Below are positions 59,142-64,000 of a stretch of 64,000 nt of DNA, one piece after another. The notes under the pieces are model-generated. The model made no database searches and had not been told where the DNA came from. It was given only the letters and a program-made list of their open reading frames with translations. Each line of letters opens with the position of its first letter. The stretch's first letter is position 1. The position numbers and the translations under genes were made by a program. Source of the DNA: Neophaeotheca triangularis (taxonomy: Eukaryota); NCBI GenBank assembly GCA_054600435.1, contig BAAIJX010000009.1, positions 558,001 to 622,000 on the forward strand, written 5' to 3'.

Positions 59142-62100
59142 CTACCCCATCCCACCCCCGCTTCCCGAACCCCCGCTTCCAGAACCCCCGCTTCCAGAAC
59201 CCCTCACAAACCCCATCTCCAACAACTCCTCCGCAGTAGGCCGCCGCTCAAACTCAATCTCAAAAGTGCTATCCAAAAACTCCCTAGCCTCGGCCGAAGC
59301 ATGCTCGGGTAAATCCGGTTTGGCGGAAGAATTGACGACTTTGGGGGGAGGAGGAGCGGCGGCAGGGGTGACGGCAGCGGCACCAGCGGCAGTAGTAGGG
59401 TTAGCGGCGTCCGTGGTAGGGGGAATAGCAGCAGCGGCGGCGGCGGGATTAGCGCCGTCTCCGGCGGCTGGGGAGGCGGCGTTATTATTGTTCTTGCTGT
59501 TCTTGTTGGCGCTCTTGACGGGCGCAAGACTACCGCCGATTTTGAAAATCGCTTGCAATTGCGTGCAATTCGGGTGCGGGTGGGCGCCCGTCATCATCTC
59601 GACGACCAGACAGCCAAGGGACCAGATGTCGGCTTTTTTCGTGTAAGCCGTCTGGCGCACCACTTCGGGAGCCATCCAGAAGACGCTGCCTTGGAGGGAG
59701 ACGCGTTGGGCGGCGCGGGAGGGCTTTTTGGTGGTCGTCGGTGTTGTTGTACTGGGAGTGTTGGAGTTGTTGGGAGAGGTAGGGCCGCTGCCGAGGAAGG
59801 TCGAGGCTTCGACGCGCTTGCTGATGCCAAAGTCGGAGATTTTGACCGTGCCTTTGTTGTCGACGAGGATGTTGGCGCCTTTGATGTCGCGGTGGATGAT
59901 GTCGCGGGAGTGGAGGTAGCTCAGACCCAACAGGATTTGACGGACAAAGTTCGAGATGAGACCTTCCGGGAGGGAGCCGTAGTTGACGAGCATGGTTGCC
60001 ACGCTGCCACCGGCGACGTACTCGAGGAAAATGTTGAGGTGGCGGTCGTCGCTGTTGGAGCCCAGGTACTGCACGATGTTTGGATGTTTGAGTTCGCGGA
60101 GGAGCGAGATTTCGTGCTTGAGCGCTTCGATCATGTTGTTTTTGCGCGCATCGGTCGCACTGCCGCTGTTGCTGGGCATTTCCACTTGCTTGACGGCCAT
60201 GAGCTCGGCCGTGACGGCGTGGAGAGCTAGGAAGACGGTGCCAAAACTGCCTTGCCCAATCATGGCGCCTTTCATGTATTTGAGGTCTTCCCAGCTGTCG
60301 CGCTCGAGGTGCTGCAGCAGTTCTTCGTCCGGCTCGTCACCGTCTTCGGCTATGAATTGGGAGAGGCGGGAGTTGAAACTGCTGCTGCCGGCTTCGGTGT
60401 TGCCCGGGGAGGAGCCCGTGTCATCAAAGTAGGACTGCATCACCGTGTTGCCTTCGGGGTCGGTGACGGAGAGGTTGTTGGTTGCGCTGTCTGAGCCGCT
60501 ATCAGCGCCAAAGGAGACGTAGCTTTTGCGATTCGGTTCAAGGGGAGATTCTTCATCAAGGGGTTCTAGCATGCTGCTGGAGATGGAGTCACGATAGCTG
60601 GAATTGGGTCTGCCTAGCTTCGTCACACTGAGCGGTCTAAGTCCAGAGGGGCGGCTTGGTGTGGCCTTGCCGTCCTTGAACCAGGAGTCGGCTATGGTGG
60701 GTAGAGGTGGTGCATCCTGAAGGCTCGAAGCGACGCTAAAATTGCTGACGGTGCTGAGTCGGTTGATAGCTCGACTCATACGCTGCGATCTTCGTATGCT
60801 CATGCGGACAGTACGGTCCATTTCGTCTTTGGCGACTTCGGGGAAGTATGACTGTAGATCTTGGGTGATGAGTTCTGTGGGTGGGCGAGCTCCATAAAAG
60901 TCTTTCAACCTTTGTGCTCTCGTGGAAGCCGTCGTGCTAGTGCTGGGATTCCTGTGCATCGACGGAGGCGGACTGTCAAAGTAGTTGTTTCGCTCGGCCT
61001 GGCTCGCGGGACTCATGGGATAGCTGACGGCGGCAAGAGGTTCGCCCGTCAGTTTCTCAATCTTGAGTTGAGATTTCGATTTAGGTTGTTGACGCTCCTC
61101 CGTCGTAGCGTTTTGCGGGGGTTGTTGTTGAGCAATACTGGCAGCCACCCGTAGCTGCTCTCCTTCCGGCTCACCTGCGTGAATCTTTCTCAATATCAAA
61201 CGCCCTCTTTCACTGCGGACGCGCTCATTGCACAGCTTCATCAATTCACCTTCACCCAACCTCCGGCAATGGGTGGGGTTTGGGTCTCCACCATCCAGAA
61301 CGTAAAAGCAATAACTCCGGAAGTGGGCCTCATTCAGCGCTCCTTTGCGAAGAGTGGTCCGAATGATGTCCTCGGCCGTTCGCGAGCCTTCCACATTCAC
61401 AACACTCGACCTCCCGCTCTCGTAGATGACTCGAATCAACGGTTTGTCGTTTGGTAGTGTTCCGACTGTGCTGGCGTTCAGCTGGTCAACCGAGGGAGAC
61501 GACTTGACGTGACCAGCGAATCGAGCAGTCTGTGGTGTTTCTGCAGGTGTAGTCCTCTTGCTGCTGGCATAAGTATTGCCTGCCTTTGCTGACCGAGAGG
61601 GCGGTGCTTGATGTGTACTGCTCTGCTCTTTTCGAGTAGTCTCCATAGGGCTGGGCTGTATGACCCGAGCGTTTCTATTCTCTTGATCGACCATTGGGGA
61701 GCTTGGTCGCGAGGTTGGCTTGGCCATGCCCTGATTATGCATGCCGTAGTTCATCTCGCCCGCATTCAGCTGACGAGACATGCGCTTCTCTGCCCGACTA
61801 GTTCCTCCAGCTCGTGCGGAATGCAAATGTCTCGGAGAGCCAGAAGATGGTGGGGTGTGTTGGGAGTTGCCATCGAGGGTAGCAAGAGAGTGCTTTGCAA
61901 CGTTCAGTGGTGGCATACTTTTATACTTGTCATATTGACTTACCCTGTTGATGTTTCTCTTGCTCGTCCGCTTGTACACGTTACTCCTGAATACCTTTGC
62001 CTGCGCACCTATCCTCACACGGTCCCCAATCTTTTTGATGCCCATCTCCTTGAGCGTACCCTGATCAATATCCATGAGATTCTGCCCATTGATGTTGTTC

Positions 62101-62360
62101 CGCCGAAAGAGCTCAACATATTGCGAGCAATTGATACTCTTCAGCCAGTCTCCCACCCTTCCCTCATCCCAATCTCTCACGCTGTCACTGTTGTCCTTGT
62201 AGGAGTCGGAGAACTCGCTCTCTGTTGGGCTGGTAAAGACGCCTTGACCGCTGGCAGCAGCGGCTGCGCCGGGCAACCGATAGGCATTGGTTGGGTAGTG
62301 AGTGGCCGGCATGCTGCTGGAGGGTGCCGGGTAAGGTGATCGGGAAGCGAGTGCGGTCAT
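59142..62360 (-). CDS. STE11: MAP kinase kinase kinase Ste11
   Basis: ATG at 62360 and intron 61893-61943. SAM domain (WDEGRVGDWLKSINCSQY...GIKKIGDRVRI), Ras-association region (RGRLILRK) and kinase motifs IGQGSFGTV, MAVKQV, HRDIKGAN, DFG and SLQGSVFWMAPE. Confidence 0.96.
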   Translation of the reverse strand: MTALASRSPYPAPSSSMPATHYPTNAYRLPGAAAAASGQGVFTSPTESEFSDSYKDNSDSVRDWDEGRVGDWLKSINCSQYVELFRRNNINGQNLMDIDQGTLKEMGIKKIGDRVRIGAQAKVFRSNVYKRTSKRNINRVSQYDKYKSMPPLNVAKHSLATLDGNSQHTPPSSGSPRHLHSARAGGTSRAEKRMSRQLNAGEMNYGMHNQGMAKPTSRPSSPMVDQENRNARVIQPSPMETTRKEQSSTHQAPPSRSAKAGNTYASSKRTTPAETPQTARFAGHVKSSPSVDQLNASTVGTLPNDKPLIRVIYESGRSSVVNVEGSRTAEDIIRTTLRKGALNEAHFRSYCFYVLDGGDPNPTHCRRLGEGELMKLCNERVRSERGRLILRKIHAGEPEGEQLRVAASIAQQQPPQNATTEERQQPKSKSQLKIEKLTGEPLAAVSYPMSPASQAERNNYFDSPPPSMHRNPSTSTTASTRAQRLKDFYGARPPTELITQDLQSYFPEVAKDEMDRTVRMSIRRSQRMSRAINRLSTVSNFSVASSLQDAPPLPTIADSWFKDGKATPSRPSGLRPLSVTKLGRPNSSYRDSISSSMLEPLDEESPLEPNRKSYVSFGADSGSDSATNNLSVTDPEGNTVMQSYFDDTGSSPGNTEAGSSSFNSRLSQFIAEDGDEPDEELLQHLERDSWEDLKYMKGAMIGQGSFGTVFLALHAVTAELMAVKQVEMPSNSGSATDARKNNMIEALKHEISLLRELKHPNIVQYLGSNSDDRHLNIFLEYVAGGSVATMLVNYGSLPEGLISNFVRQILLGLSYLHSRDIIHRDIKGANILVDNKGTVKISDFGISKRVEASTFLGSGPTSPNNSNTPSTTTPTTTKKPSRAAQRVSLQGSVFWMAPEVVRQTAYTKKADIWSLGCLVVEMMTGAHPHPNCTQLQAIFKIGGSLAPVKSANKNSKNNNNAASPAAGDGANPAAAAAAIPPTTDAANPTTAAGAAAVTPAAAPPPPKVVNSSAKPDLPEHASAEAREFLDSTFEIEFERRPTAEELLEMGFVRGSGSGGSGSGGSGSGGGMG

Positions 62361-63824
62361 GCTGCCGATCCAATGCGAGCAAAGCAAGTATCGGTAAAGG
62401 TGAGCGCTTGCTGCAAGCTCGCAAACAAACAATGGACAACAGCACCAGGCCTTGACACGCTCACAGACTCATCACGGTAGAGTGGTGGCACTGGTGATGA
62501 TCACTACTGGCCTCGCGCAGGACAGGGCGGAAGAGTGGACCTGGGGGCGGAGCTGTCACTGGCACTGGCGGGGGCGCCGGCGCGGAGGGATCGCAAGGAC
62601 AGAGGCGGCGGTAGCCTTGGGTATTGTTAGGTAGGGAGCGTGTGGTGAATCGTGAGTCGTGAGTGTTGTGTGTTGGTGGTATTTACGGGTGGGCACAGGC
62701 AGAGGCAGACACGGAGCTGGGTGCCGTTCGGGGTTTCTAGCGCAGGACCCGTAGGTACTTTTGACCGATGAAACGCTGGTGAATCGTCAGGGGTTCCAAG
62801 GTTATAGCTGCATTGCCGCGCTGCCGACTTTCCGAAGCATCAACCAAGAAAGATCCAACACGGCGGATATGACAGGACGTGGCCAATGATTGACTGCGAA
62901 CAGGTATATAGGTATCAACATAGGATTGAGGGATATCTTGATTAGGGACATGTCGCGTTTGTAAGATAGATGGACACGTGACGCGGCGCAAAAGGGGACG
63001 CGGATCTTTTGTCTCACTCTCACACGAGACAAGGCGGTCGGAGGCTAGCGTTTCAGGACAAGTCCACTGGCCGATCACTCCAAGTCATTCGCCGCCTCTT
63101 TTCTTTATTATTATTATTATTATTATCATTATCACCCCCCCATATTACCAGTTTCGAGTCTGACCCTCTGGCCTTCCTTTGAAGATCTTCACATCGATTA
63201 ATACCAGCCCATCCCGTCCATCTGAGGATTATCCGAATACCAAATCTCACATACAACCCGTCACCGGTCATACAAGCCGATTACGAAACCTCAAGTCAGA
63301 AAGACCCGGCACGATCCTGCGCCTTGTCTTGACCGGTACACGCTTTCCCGGACAGTTTGCAGAGTATCTGACTTCTAAAGCTCTGGACGCGGAGCAGAGC
63401 TTCAGCATCACCGGTACAGCAAAGGTGAGCACTAAGATGACGAGCATGTGTGAGAGCATCCATCCCACGGGGCGAAGGCGGGCCAGCATGTCGTCTTGGC
63501 GACTAAAGACCGGTGTAAGTGGCACCGAACGAACCAGGGCTCGTCATGCCCGGTCACTTCCTACCAGACACTTGTACGAGAGCTGTTGTACAATGAGAAT
63601 CAGGAGGTTACAAGAGACCTGAGGTGACGAGGTTGGTCGGGCTCGTCATGCGCCATTAACCGACTGCGGTCGGTGGTGTTGACACGGGTTGAATGAGAGT
63701 CTTCGTCGCTGGGTCTGTGTTGTTGTTGTTTGACCGGTTCCCTCGCCTTTTTACCTTGGCCACCCACCCTCCCACCCACCTACCCACGCTTGTGATGCTT
63801 CGCCGAGTACTAGTAGATGCCTAG

Positions 63825-63862
63825 CAGAGCAGAGTAGAGCAGAGCAGAGCAGAGCAGAGCAG
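63825..63862. repeat. (AGAGC)n microsatellite
   Basis: About 7 tandem AGAGC units with one variant. A (TTA)n run lies at ~63105-63133. Confidence 0.85.
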
Positions 63863-64000
63863 ACTTGAAGGTATATGTATCTACATAGTAGGCTCTTGTC
63901 GTGGTCTCGCTATTCTACTCGTGCTTTCCACTTTGCTTTGACACTCGATACTACTAGCAACGGGGAGGAGGTTCGGCAAGACAGTACCAAGGCAATGGAA

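Noticed and set aside
63740..63760. GCCTTTTTAC resembling U5 snRNA loop 1
   Set aside because: It has one T too many, and no flanking U5 stem or Sm site was recognised.

Overview
Gene-dense, intron-containing eukaryotic DNA from a filamentous ascomycete (GT-AG introns with CTRAY branch sites; Dothideomycete affinity is my impression, not a tested result). About 21 protein-coding genes can be assembled: TRP2, MOB1, a GST-family gene, SEC3, an 8-exon 11-mer-repeat LEA-like gene, RPL28/uL15, a copper-fist transcription factor, arylsulfatase, cutinase, a GT32 mannosyltransferase, a small cytochrome-b5-domain protein, a 9-exon MFS transporter, a NYN/PIN protein, a 1,670-aa unknown protein, an AMA1/CDC20-like APC activator, a metallophosphoesterase, RPS6, a PRS3-type PRPP synthetase, a GMC oxidoreductase, STE11 and one further hypothetical gene. 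There is also a head-to-head pair of frameshifted paralogous pseudogenes. The strongest lead is an in-frame TAG exactly at the conserved Trp of the AMA1-like WD40 gene, the signature of a premature stop repaired by sexual-stage A-to-I editing (readthrough or recent gene loss are alternatives). Other leads are a recurrent C-rich-then-G-rich, apparently self-complementary block at the 3' end of most genes and a ~500-nt non-coding fold-back element. No rRNA, tRNA, CRISPR array or autonomous transposon was recognised. Exon coordinates were read by eye.
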